Source: Octopus bimaculoides
Lineage: Eukaryota
Assembly: GCF_001194135.2 (NCBI RefSeq)
Contig: NC_068990.1
Coordinates: 18,692,916-18,756,915, forward strand
DNA: 64,000 bases
Reading direction: 5' to 3'
The notes under the pieces were generated by a model, which was not told the origin of the DNA, did not search any database, and worked only from the letters and a program-made list of their open reading frames with translations. A program made the translations under genes and the position numbers. Every line of letters starts with the position of its first letter. Position 1 is the stretch's first letter. Of this stretch, positions 25,550 through 38,222 are shown one piece after another.

Positions 25550-26495
25550 ACTGCCTGTCTGTCTGTGTGTATACATATATGTGTATATATATNNNNNNNN
25601 NNNNNNNNNNNNNNNNNNNNNNNNNNNNNNNNNNNNNNNNNNNNNNNNNNNNNNNNNNNNNNNNNNNNNNNNNNNNNNNNNNNNNNNNNNNNNNNNNNNN
25701 NNNNNNNNNNNNNNNNNNNNNNNNNNNNNNNNNNNNNNNNNNNNNNNNNNNNNNNNNNNNNNNNNNNNNNNNNNNNNNNNNNNNNNNNNNNNNNNNNNNN
25801 NNNNNNNNNNNNNNNNNNNNNNNNNNNNNNNNNNNNNNNNNNNNNNNNNNNNNNNNATATATATATATATATAGGTCATATATACACAGGTCATCTGTCA
25901 GTTGTGGTTGACCGTTAATCTACGCATGTGTTCGTGGGACATTTTAGAGAAGATTTGAGCTGATCTTGCACGCACGCACACCATTTCCAAGCCACCGTTC
26001 ACCAATGTAAAAGTTCCTACTTCAGCCTATACTGCCAGGCAACTATGTTGTCACAGGCATTGTTGACAGAAGTTAAACCATTTGAAAAAAATAATCCAAA
26101 GACCTCGTATTCAGTCCTGTGGTATTTCGCTAATTAACTTCTCTGGATTTTTACTTTTATATACAGACAGAAAGATAAAAAAAAAAAAGAATTAAAGTTG
26201 ACAATGTTAGAACTTGGAGCTCGGCAGAAATTAAAGGGAGTAATTTTCTGCAACATTCAACTGACTCGGCTAAATCGCCATCTTCAAAGTTCATTGCAAG
26301 CCTTTTTCACGTCGGTCAACATGCTTTGCGTGTTTTCATCCGGATCTTTACAACCTGACTGGAAATATTACCAGTGACAATTTTGCCCTTTATTCTTTCG
26401 GTGTCGATAGAATACAGTACCAGTAAAATACAGGTGAAGAGCTAATCGTCTGAGCAGCTCCACTCAAAACTAGTGGTTTTGTTTCAAAGAATTAG

Positions 26496-26723
26496 AGTTA
26501 GGCGTGAAGGGAGCAGAAGTTTATCCAAGAGTGCTTGTTGTGTCGACGACCCCAGGCGAAGAAGTAGGATCTCCCAAGAACTATAAATAGAGGTAGTCTG
26601 GCCGTGGTAGGAGTGTTGAGTAGCAGTCGAGTAGCTGTTGAGTAACAGTTGAGTAGCAGTTGTGTAGAGGTTGAGTAGAGATCATCCGAAGGTGCTAGAT
26701 AGCAGTAGCGTTGAGACATAACA
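26496..26723 (+). mobile_element. Putative solo LTR with six 11-bp tandem units
   Basis: GC-richer island with TATAAATA at 26582, GTTGAGTAGCA-like units x6 at 26615-26680, and an end at ..GACATAACA. The left end is (A)GTTAGG rather than TG, and no TSD is seen. Confidence 0.4.
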
Positions 26724-26991
26724 GTGTTCGGTTAAAAGCTCTGCTATCACTTTGGATTGAGAGATTGTGCAATTTCAAGAAAACATGTGGATTGCATAGT
26801 GCCCTTGCCGAATATATTGCCGTGTATATGGTGAGCTGAAGCAAGAAGCTTTATATGTAATTTTACTTTACTTTGGATACAGAGGAACGTACGTGACAAG
26901 ATACGAAATATCATTAATATGATTATATATATATTCTTATACACACATATACACACACCGATATATATATATATATATGTTTAGACATGCA

Positions 26992-27034
<43 letters not shown>

Positions 27035-27354
27035 NNNNNNNNNNNNNNNNNNNNNNNNNNNNNNNNNNNNNNNNNNNNNNNNNNNNNNNNNNNNNNNNNN
27101 NNNNNNNNNNNNNNNNNNNNNNNNNNNNNNNNNNNNNNNNNNNNNNNNNNNNNNNNNNNNNNNNNNNNNNNNNNNNNNNNNNNNNNNNNNNNNNNNNNNN
27201 NNNNNNNNNNNNNNNNNNNNNNNNNNNNNNNNNNNNNNNNNNNNNNNNNNNNNNNNNNNNNNNNNNNNNNNNNNNNNNNNNNNNNNNNNNNNNNNNNNNN
27301 NNNNNNNNNNNNNNNNNNNNNNNNNNCAATAACGTCAAAAATGATGATGAAGCT

Positions 27355-27356
27355 GA

Positions 27357-27416
<60 letters not shown>

Positions 27417-27463
27417 CATTATTATCATTATTATTATCATTATTATCATTATTATTATTAACG

Positions 27464-27494
<31 letters not shown>

Positions 27495-27540
27495 TAATAG
27501 TACTAGTAAAAATAATAATGATGATAATAATAATAATAAT

Positions 27541-27592
<52 letters not shown>

Positions 27593-27646
27593 GAGCTGCG
27601 CTCGGTAGTGAAGTGAAAGCACGTTATAAAAATAAAACTACTGAAC

Positions 27647-27719
<73 letters not shown>

Positions 27720-27730
27720 GTAATAATAAT
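27355..27730. repeat. (ATT)n followed by (AAT)n arrays
   Basis: Directly visible. A short unique insert (GAGCTGCGCTCGGTAGTGAAGTGAAAGC..) sits at about 27592-27646. Confidence 0.95.
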
Positions 27731-28829
27731 GGTCTCCCATGTTGTTATTAGATTTCCGACATTTTAGAAATGATTGTTGTTATGTTAAGTGAGAAGATAA
27801 TATAAAAAGCGTGTCCGTATGTGTGTAAGTGTACGAATGACACTTGTTACTAAAACAAACACTCAAAATCAAGCAGACGATGAATAATTGTTATTCTTTT
27901 TCTAAACGGAAACAATAATCACGTCCATCTATACTAAAAACAATGAACTTCAATTCGCAGACGCAGCCAACACACATACAGTCGCATACACTCATCTACA
28001 CACACAACACATAGAAATACACACACTCATATATACATTTGCCCTTTTTCTATTTCTCTCACACACATATATTGTTATATATACAAACTTGCTCTCAGTC
28101 ACACTCGGACATACAAACATACATACGGACATACATACATACATACATACATACATACATACATAAATACGAATATCCATCGATGTCTATCTTCCAGTAC
28201 TTACATATATAATATTCACAATAGATATAAATATTTCGCAAGCATAAAGAAAATATTATTCCGGCGTAAAGCTATTTAGCAGAGTGTTCCATAAACATGG
28301 ATATATATCTTAGAGTAATAACATTGATGGATGAAGACAGCTAAGATAAAATGCGAACCAAAAGTAAATCTTGGCTATAAGTAATTTTTCTGAAAAAAGA
28401 AAAAAAAAACAATATTCATAGATTTATCTCTGGATGTGAAACCGTGCTTCTTAAATGTCCTACGTTTAAAATAATAAGGTGATAAAAATTGCAATCATAC
28501 TTAATAATATAAACCCCGGTAATGGTGATTTGCGAGCCAGAATCATTGGAATATAGGGGAAATGTTTCTAAATACTTTAAAGACTTTTCTGACTGCAAAA
28601 CATCCTCATTCATATGGCATTTTTTTCTGATTGGGTTTACTGATACGTTTAGAGTCAATATGCATCTCGCTTCCTCCCTTGATGTATCTTGCTTGTCACA
28701 GCAGCTGGCATTTTATTTTAAACATATGAATGTTACAAACACAGGTTCATGTCCAGAGAAATATACGAATACATGTATGTATTTACTTCCTTATAATGAA
28801 TATTTAATATTATATTTAATATATTTTAT

Positions 28830-28983
<154 letters not shown>

Positions 28984-29382
28984 CCATTATCTGTTTTCGA
29001 ATATATTTTTATATTTCTGCCTTAAATGCTATGAGTGAGTGAGAGTAAGCGTATGCTAGTGTGCGTGTATGTGTGGATGTATTTATAAATGTCTATATAA
29101 GCAATATCAATGCATATGTCAGTGTACGTGCATCTATGGACAAACGTATGTACGTGTTTGTACACAGCATTTAAGAATCAATAATGTTAATTTACTTCAC
29201 TCAGATTGCATAGAGAGGTCCGCTTTTAATTCTTTAGTCTATCATTAAAACTACATTAAATCTATTAATTAAATGTCGACTTTTCACATTTTCAAAACTT
29301 GTAATCATAGACGTTTCCTTTGTTTTGCGCTTATTTCATCTATATATTTATATATATGCATATGTGAGTGTATTTACATACA

Positions 29383-29461
<79 letters not shown>

Positions 29462-30734
29462 CAATTTTAGAGGTTTATTGTTGTTGTCTTTACTTTGGGT
29501 GTTATATAACGAAAAATAAACATTATAGAGAATTAAATAGGTTTAATCACCAAATTATAATTCAACATTCGTCCTAAGGAAATCACTTGCTATACAATCT
29601 TATCAGAGACTTGGCTGAGTACTTTTGCTGAGGGCCATGTAAATAAATCTACCTGAGTATATATGTAGTGGGGTAATTTTATTTTGACCGTTTTCGTAAT
29701 CAATAACACATCGTCTAATTAAGGACTTTTAATACTGCGTCCAGGACATGCATTTCAGAAATCGGTCTCAGCCTCATATAAAAACAACGATAAACGAAAT
29801 CATTTGGGATATAATAATTTTGTTGAAGTTATATAATAATTTTGTTGATGGTGTATAATTCAAATATCCTCTAGCCACAACTATTCCATGTATTTCTACA
29901 TCGACTTAAACGTAAGATAGTTGAGTATGTTGCGAAGGAGATTTTTCCCTACAGTTTCTTGCTGAGTGAGCGTGTAGATGCTTCTTTGTCAGCTCATCCA
30001 AAAAATAAAGACTACAGCAACGCCATATACGGTGCTCCTCTGTGGAGTTGGGTTTGGTTTATAATTCTGGTCTATGTTTTGGTTTATATTTCTGTTACAA
30101 ACGTAACTTATTTATCTAAAGAGGAATGAATGTTCCAACGTCAATTTTTTATTTCTTCACCTCTTATTATTATGTTATTGATTATAAATGCGAGAAAGAC
30201 TAAACATCTAGTAGCTTGATGATATTACTTTACTTGCGTTGAGTTTTCCCAGAGGCAGACTAGCATAATAATAACAGCAAAATTAGTGAAGCCCTGATAA
30301 TCACATTACTACTTTAAGGAATACAACTTATTCACAATTACATTACTTAATGTGTGATTTATTTTATAAGACAGAATTGCTTTCAGAGGCAGTTGTTTCA
30401 TATTCCGACTTGATCGAACGAGTGCGCAGTGGTTTCGTTTATTATTAGTTCACCTGCATTGCGAAGTAGACTTCAGATATGGGCACAGAAGCAAATTTCA
30501 GTGGGGAGTCAAAAGTGAACTCTAATACTTGATTCTTACTTTATTTTAACAATTACTCTGAAAGAATATAAAGTAAATTTAACGTAGGCAGGATTTGAGA
30601 TTAGCATATTAAGATCTGGAACAAATTGCGAAGCTCTAGTGATCAAGTGACACATTGTGCTATCGTTGAGTTGGATAGTGTATATGTAATTAGCAGCTCT
30701 AATTTGAATTAACATAAAGGCCTTATATATTGGT

Positions 30735-30928
30735 TTCAATTTTTAAGACTAGACCAGCAATTTCATGGAAAGGGTAAGTCGATTTTATCGATCCCAGTGC
30801 TCTACTGGTATTTCTTTTATCGCACCTAGAAAGGATGAAAGGTAGAGTCGAACTCGGAACGTAAAGACAGACGAAATACCATTAAGCATTTTGCTCGGCG
30901 TGCTAATAATTCTGCCAGCTAACCGCCT
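30735..30928 (-). mobile_element. SINE family A
   Basis: GTCGATTTTATCGATCCCAGTG..GGATGAAAGGTAGAGTCG..GGCGTGCTAATAATTCTGCCAGCTAACCGCC, with an internal deletion. Confidence 0.85.
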
Positions 30929-31245
30929 TAAAAGGATTATCCATTAAATGACAAAGAGATAAATGGTTGTGACCTTAATTTCTTTCCCTTGAGTGAATTG
31001 AATACTCGATTGTGAAAGGAATTTAAATCTAACTTTTCTGCTGCATTATGGTAATCATTAGAATTTCTTAGAAAGTTAACTTAAATACTACACAGTTACA
31101 GCACTTCAGTTATTTCGTTCTGTTTTTTTCCAACATCCTGAGTCAAAGGAAAACACACAGATGCATATTTGCTCTCTGTCTAACCTGATCAATGATATAT
31201 ATAATTGAACGCTATGCATATTATATGCATATCTATCTATCTATC

Positions 31246-31324
<79 letters not shown>

Positions 31325-31374
31325 TTATCCATCGATCCATCTATCCCTCCATCCGGCCGTCCGTCCGTCCGTCC

Positions 31375-31408
<34 letters not shown>

Positions 31409-32422
31409 ATGTCTATCTATCTATTTATAATACTACTCCTTCTTTGCCAATATGAAGAATGTTCTCATTATTATATCTTTTGTTCGGCTGCATAGAAATG
31501 TACTGAATGCTTTATTGTAAATAGTTTCGTTTTCTTCGATTTATATAATTATCACGATTCAGTCGCATGGGTAAAAAATATATTATTGCATATTTATGTT
31601 AGTATAATTGGTAGAATTAAATCTGATACATACATTTTGTTCCTATTATATCGAGCCAAAATGATCGTGGAATATTTCATTTCAGATTGTAGAAGCCAAA
31701 AATTAAAAATATTCTAAACAATTATTTCGAAACCGTATCATTTGCTCAAATTTGGTATCCTATGTTCATAAAATATAGGCTAACTTCGTTATCGAGACTC
31801 TCTTAATTTTTAGTACACCAAATAGTTTCACCGACGCAATAAACACATAGCACTATATTATGTCTCTATTGCAACCAAATATCTTTTGACAACTATTATT
31901 TATTTCCCTTTAAACATGTCACTTAGTACCATACTATATAATTTATAATTTGGATTTCGCTAATTTTCTCCGGAATTCTGCAACACCAAGTTTTATTTCA
32001 GTAATCAGACGTCGTTAAACAAATTGTAATTACTTTAGAATTATATCAATTAGTCAAATTGGACAAAGAATGAATAAACAAATAAAGAAAAACTGACACA
32101 GGTTCAACAGAATTAGAATTGATTGTATGAAATATTTTATATTTTGCTGTTGTTGATGTTTATCCTCAAGCTTGCTCTACTGGTGAAAGCTTATGACAAA
32201 CGGCATTCCACTTGTGACTATCACTACCTATTATTTCCAGATGAAGTGTATCTAGCCCGACAGAATGTACTATGTTTCAAATTTAAAGAAGATATATGTA
32301 ATTTGAGGGAGATTTGGTTTACATTTCTCGTAGGTGAATAAACCGTATAAAGTCTCATATTAGTGGAAAATTTATTACGAGGGAAGAAAAGAAGATGAAA
32401 AAGGAAAAAGAGGAAACGGAAG

Positions 32423-33173
32423 GGATCTATTTTAAAACGGGGGCCACATTTTTCATTAATGTTTTACGTAGTGTTTTTGGTACGGAATCACTTTCAAACT
32501 TCGTATACTTATCTATTTTGTGTTATAGAACAGAAAAATATTTTTGTATTCGAATTTATTTCATGTAAAATATTGTCTTATTTCGATAATTTCAACCAAT
32601 CACTGACAAGTATTCAGTTGTTTACATTTACTCCTTTGGCTGATTAAGCGGTGTAANNNNNNNNNNNNNNNNNNNNNNNNNNNNNNNNNNNNNNNNNNNN
32701 NNNNNNNNNNNNNNNNNNNNNNNNNNNNNNNNNNNNNNNNNNNNNNNNNNNNNNNNNNNNNNNNNNNNNNNNNNNNNNNNNNNNNNNNNNNNNNNNNNNN
32801 NNNNNNNNNNNNNNNNNNNNNNNNNNNNNNNNNNNNNNNNNNNNNNNNNNNNNNNNNNNNNNNNNNNNNNNNNNNNNNNNNNNNNNNNNNNNNNNNNNNN
32901 NNNNNNNNNNNNNNNNNNNNNNNNNNNNNNNNNNNNNNNNNNNNNNNNNNNNNNNNNNNNNNNNNNNNNNNNNNNNNNNNNNNNNNNNNNNNNNNNNNNN
33001 NNNNNNNNNNNNNNNNNNNNNNNNNNNNNNNNNNNNNNNNNNNNNNNNNNNNNNNNNNNNNNNNNNNNNNNNNNNNNNNNNNNNNNNNNNNNATATGACA
33101 CATTCTACCAGTGTTCCAAGTTTCAAAGCGTTTCGTTAAGAAAATACTGTGGCCCCCGTTTTAAAATAGATCC
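32423..33173. mobile_element. Non-autonomous DNA transposon, 26-bp perfect TIRs, 8-bp TSD (Merlin- or MULE-like)
   Basis: TIR GGATCTATTTTAAAACGGGGGCCACA at 32423-32448 and inverted at 33148-33173. TSD AACGGAAG at 32415-32422 and 33174-33181. The interior is partly an N-gap. Confidence 0.85.
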
Positions 33174-33959
33174 AACGGAAGGATTATAATAGAAAGAAAA
33201 TGAAAATTAAATTAAAGGAGAGTAAAAGGAAGAAAATGAAGAAAAGGAGGAGGGAAGGACGAGAAAGGAGAGCAAGAGAAACAAAAGTAGAGAAGGAAAA
33301 ATAGGTAAGAATATATATAAAATTAAACGAAAAAGAAACAAAAAAAAAATTAAAAAGAAAGGAACAGGTGTTTGAATACCAGGGTGTGGAATAGCAGACG
33401 ATGAACTACGAGAAGTAATGAATGAACGGTAAAAAAAAAAAATGAAAATAAGATAAAAGGTAAATTGGCAGAGGTGCTGAATTAGAGGGATGGAAAAAAT
33501 AGTAAAGTTCTAATCAAAATGTAGATTAAAGAAAACAAAAATAGGGATTAATGAAGATTGAGAGGTGCGAGAATAAAATATTGAATATTACTGGAGAAAC
33601 AAAAATAATTACATTGAAAGGAAATCATAAAAACTGCGGTACTGTTTTGGAGGAATTGTCACTGGTTCAATTGGAATAAAGTAATACAAAATAATGTTAA
33701 AATAGTATAAAACAAGAGGACTAAAAGAGCGCAAACATCTGCCAAGGCAAAACCAAAACCTTCTCAACGATTAGTCAGAGTTGAATTTTAAAATGAGAAT
33801 ATCTGAAATAAACTCAAATGCTCTCACAATCGAGAATACTAAAAATCAACTGGACCGCTCTCAAATATTAATTAAAAAAATCGGAAAAATAATCCAGAAC
33901 CCTTGTCCAGTGCCTGATCGATCCCAGTGGTAGTTATGGAATGTGAAGGTGAGTGTGCG

Positions 33960-34300
33960 GGCCATGTTTGTAACGCTGTGTGTGTGTCGTCTCGGGTGGG
34001 AACAAGGACAGTTTTCTCTATGAGGGTCTTGTTTAATCTATCCATTGATATAGTGTCTTTACAACCATTAAGGTCTGTAGTGAAATATTTATCTGTGTAT
34101 GAAAGAAAACGGAAAGGACCTGCATACGGTGCTGTTAACGAAGTCTCGTACACCATGATGAATATTTCCGTATTAAAAATCCATTTTGAAAAAGAATTTT
34201 CTCAGGAAGTAAACGAGTTGTGAAATAATTGTGCCAAAAACTGTGAGTAAACTGAACAAGAAAACATCACAGAAACCACGTATATTGGGAAAAATATGCC
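33960..34300 (-). mobile_element. Gypsy LTR-retrotransposon integrase C-terminal remnant
   Basis: ORF 33872-34156 contains SLTAPYAGPFRFLSYTDKYFTTDLNGCKDTISMDRL, the GPY/F motif region of Gypsy integrases. It is preceded across a frameshift by HHGVR; weaker decayed similarity extends to about 34300. Confidence 0.8.
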
Positions 34301-35354
34301 GCCAAGCAGACTCACACAGACATCACGGAAAGAATTTCATATCTCTCAGACTAATTTGTTTTGCAATATATAATTACACGCAAGAAAATTGTTATTGGCT
34401 TTTAATTATTTTAGGTGAAGCGAAAATTTTAGCTACATACAATTCTTCGTACAGATAAACAAATATAATTAAAGAAAGAGCACGTGCACAGACTTAGCCA
34501 AGTGCGTAAGAAGTCCGTTTAACAATTATCAGATTTCAAGTTCGAATTAAGTGCCTAGCACATTCTGCAAATTATCTCACGTTGCAGAACTGCGATAACT
34601 AATGTCTTGTGATTGGGCTTTGTTAAGCGGAAACTAGTCGTGTACACACACAGACACAGACACACACACACACGCACAGACAGAGACAGAGACAGACACA
34701 GACACAGACACACAAACACATACACACACACACAAACACACACACACACGCATACGAAAGTTTTTCGAAGGTTTTTGAGCTGAATCCAACATAAATAATA
34801 CTGAGTAACATAGCAAATAATGATAGATCTGTGTTAGACGTTTCTTAGTCAAGCTCGAAACATTTTGAAGCAGTCCATCTCAGTGTGACATATTCACGTA
34901 TACATATGCTTATATATAGCTTTGCATGTATGTATTTGATATTTATAAACTTAAATTAGTTAAACTAGAGATCTCTGTGAAAATCTAAACACGCACGCAC
35001 ACACACACACACAGGTGCGCGCACACACACATCACCATAATCATTCACAAAGCACACAGATTGATAATGGATATTGAGCCAATACATTTCAGGAAATGCT
35101 GTGCATTCATCAGAGGACAAATGCCTTTAGTTCCTTTTCTCTTGAGTCATTAATACAATTATTATTTAAACAAAACAAGTTAGAATCTAATTGATATGTT
35201 TAGACTAAATTTTTGTGCATTTGTGCGTCTACATGGGTGTGCGTGAGTATGTATAAGAGAGTAAACCTGTGCGTGTATCGTTGTATTCACTAATATAAAC
35301 CTGTACCAAGCTGTGCCCCCTTAAGTCAGACATGTAACTTAAGCCTTAGATAAA

Positions 35355-35440
35355 TTCAAACCCTTGCTCTCTGTAATCCCATTATTAGCCTGAACCCCAA
35401 ATCACGTGGTTGTGAAGCGTACTTTGTAACCTCACACTTA
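35355..35440 (-). mobile_element. SINE family B, degenerate head
   Basis: CTGAACCCCAAATCACGTGGTTGTGAAGCGTAC resembles the reverse-complemented tRNA-like head. Confidence 0.45.
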
Positions 35441-37317
35441 TGTTTGCTATTATGTTATATAACAGATGATCAGAAAATTCACGACACTCAGAGGTGCTGG
35501 TGTATGTATATATATGTTTATATGTGTATCTTGTTTTGTTTAAATCGTAAAAACAAATTCCGTAATTGCTATTGTTTCATTCTTGCTAATTCACAAGATA
35601 GATATTCTTTTGTGTGTGTTGTTGTAATTTAATTCACGTGTAATTTTAGAACGAATTTGGAAGTCGATAAAAATAATCAATAGTTGTCACTTCCCGTATT
35701 TTTCAATCATTTATACTACAATGTCAGTTCATCTTTCTTTTTTATTGTTTTCAAAAGCTATTCTATTTTGCAGACGAAAAAGTGGACAATAATTGTATTT
35801 ATCAAATGATGTTGTAGTGTCATCATCAAAACTGATATTGACTTAATGTTTCTGAGTCCATTTAAAAGTGACTTTTTTAAAAATATTTCTTACCCTCGAA
35901 ATAAAAGCAAAGTGGATATTTTTATTGAACAGTCTCTGCTTACAATGCCATTTTGAGCATACTAGCAGTTATTTTTACAGCAAACCGAAATGAACATTGT
36001 GGTAGCAACGGGAGTCTCGAAAAATATGGCACTTCACTATGAGCATAAAACCGTGCATATCACTCAGAAATGCTTTCTCTACCGTAATTTTAACGTAAAC
36101 TAACCAAACATTTAGAGAGCAAAGGACTTTGTTGAAAAACCCGACATTATATTATTAGAATAATCTGTGGGTATAATTTAGATGTAGTTTCTTCAAGAAT
36201 TTTGGGAAAATCATTTGTAAATTACAGAAAAAAACTTGCTTGGCGAGTCTTTTGCTCAAAGATCGTGTGCTGAATCTAAAGCGTTTGCAGCGTGGAAGAC
36301 ATTCAGAGACATGCAGATACAGTCAACTTAGCTCCAAAATTTATTTGTTATATCGTGTCACAATTTAGCCTTGTGCCAAATTTTGAAATTAATATAGTGT
36401 CAAGATAAAAAAAATGCTGCTGTAAAATATTTTGTTGGTGAACATATTGCAGTTTCGGGCGACGAAAATTTCGAGGCCGTATTACAAATAAATGTTTAAG
36501 TGAAGTTAACTGTTTGTGTGTGTTGCTAAAGGGTTAACTCATGTCGTCCATGCTGTAATCGCTTATCTAATTTTAGTTCTAATATTTTGTGATGAATTTG
36601 CCACATGGAGATTTTAACCTAGGCATGTCACTATTTTATGGTTAACGTCTAATCCTCACAAAATGATATTCAGCATCCTTCTGATCTAATAAGTAACGAA
36701 CGAAATTTATAAAAGATAAACCATTTATATTAGAATGAATCTCAATATTCTAATATTTTGTTATATTTTATATTCAGACTATATATTATGAATATATAAT
36801 ATTTTCAATATCTATACACATGTTAAATGGTCACTGAAAATGTAAGTCCCTATAGATGGTTATTAAAATTGAATATTTTTTGTTATCGTAATGTACTTAG
36901 ATTATGCAACGAGTATAATATAGTGTCTGATGTTACCGGTTTCCTTATAAGTAAACTACTCGATTTCTCTCATCTCAAAATGATCACAAGCAGAAATTGG
37001 AATTGAACACGCAAAGAGATTCCGTTCGTTTGAAATATAACACTATCAATTGCAAAAGCCGAATATGTTTATACAACGAAGAGTAACTCATAATTTTAAT
37101 AAATTCCCAATTTGCTGCAAACCACCATGCTTTATATATGGAAGGCGTATAGCTGCAAGAATCTATGAGTTTTATTACCAGTAGTGTCCTCATATGTTAA
37201 TGAATTTTTATGACGGAAGGAAAAATGGAAAAAGAAATTATATCTATGGCAACACGCACGTGCGCAAATACACACACACACACACACACACACTCACACA
37301 CATGTATATCTTCTATC

Positions 37318-37410
37318 TTTTACTTGTTTCAGTCATTGGGCAGAGGCCTTGCTAGAGCAAAACCTCGGAATGTTTAATCGAGAAAACCATCAGCAATACT
37401 TATTTTTAAG
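37318..37410 (-). mobile_element. SINE family B, 3' tail fragment
   Basis: TCTTTTACTTGTTTCAGTCATTGGGCAGAGGCCTTGCTAGAGC. Confidence 0.7.
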
Positions 37411-37711
37411 TGTGTTGTATATCAGCTAACATGGAGGGATTTTCTTTGAAAAAGGAAAAAATTACTTCATTGGTAGTTCTACTAAATTTAATTTCCCAAT
37501 AATATAATTTTACAGTTTGGTTTTTAGAATTAGTAAGTTCTTTGTTAACTTCGGTGGGGGAGATGTTGATACGGACATGAGAACGAACGTAATATATGAG
37601 ACGATAAAAATGAAGATGCAACGACCTGCACACCTGATGATGTTATACTGCGTACCAGTATATAAGTGTGTGTGTGTGTATGGGCACGCGCCCGTGTGTA
37701 TGTGTGTGTTT

Positions 37712-37775
<64 letters not shown>

Positions 37776-38026
37776 CCTTTTTATATACATATGCATGTAT
37801 GTATTGTGCGTATGTGTCTGTACACCCTCGCGCACTACGCACACACATACACACACGCACACACATTCAGTGCTTCGAATAAATACAGAAAATTATAATG
37901 ATGGTAATAAAGATAGTGACACTAATATTACTGATAGCTCACAAGAGATATATCAATTGCTGCAATTTGTAATTTAAAAGTTATGGAGAAATCTCATAAG
38001 CTTTAAGTAAATATTTGTATTCATAA

Positions 38027-38222
38027 TCCTTTCTACTACAGACACAAGGCCTGAAATTTGGCGGAAGTGAAGTAGTCGATTACATCGATCCCAGCGTTTC
38101 ACTGGTATCTAATTTACCGAAAGCCGACCACGGCGGAATGTGAACTCGGAACGTAGCGATTGGCGAAATACCGCTAAGCATTTCGTCCAGCGTGCTAATA
38201 ATGATTCTTCAAGCTGACCGCC
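38027..38222 (-). mobile_element. SINE family A
   Basis: CACAAGGCCTGAAATTT..GTCGATTACATCGATCCCAG..GAAATACCGCTAAGCATTTCG. Confidence 0.85.

Noticed and set aside
26615-26680. Short regularly spaced repeats as a CRISPR-like array (also 7261-7345)
   Set aside because: The units are contiguous with no unique spacers, there are no cas genes, and the context is eukaryotic.
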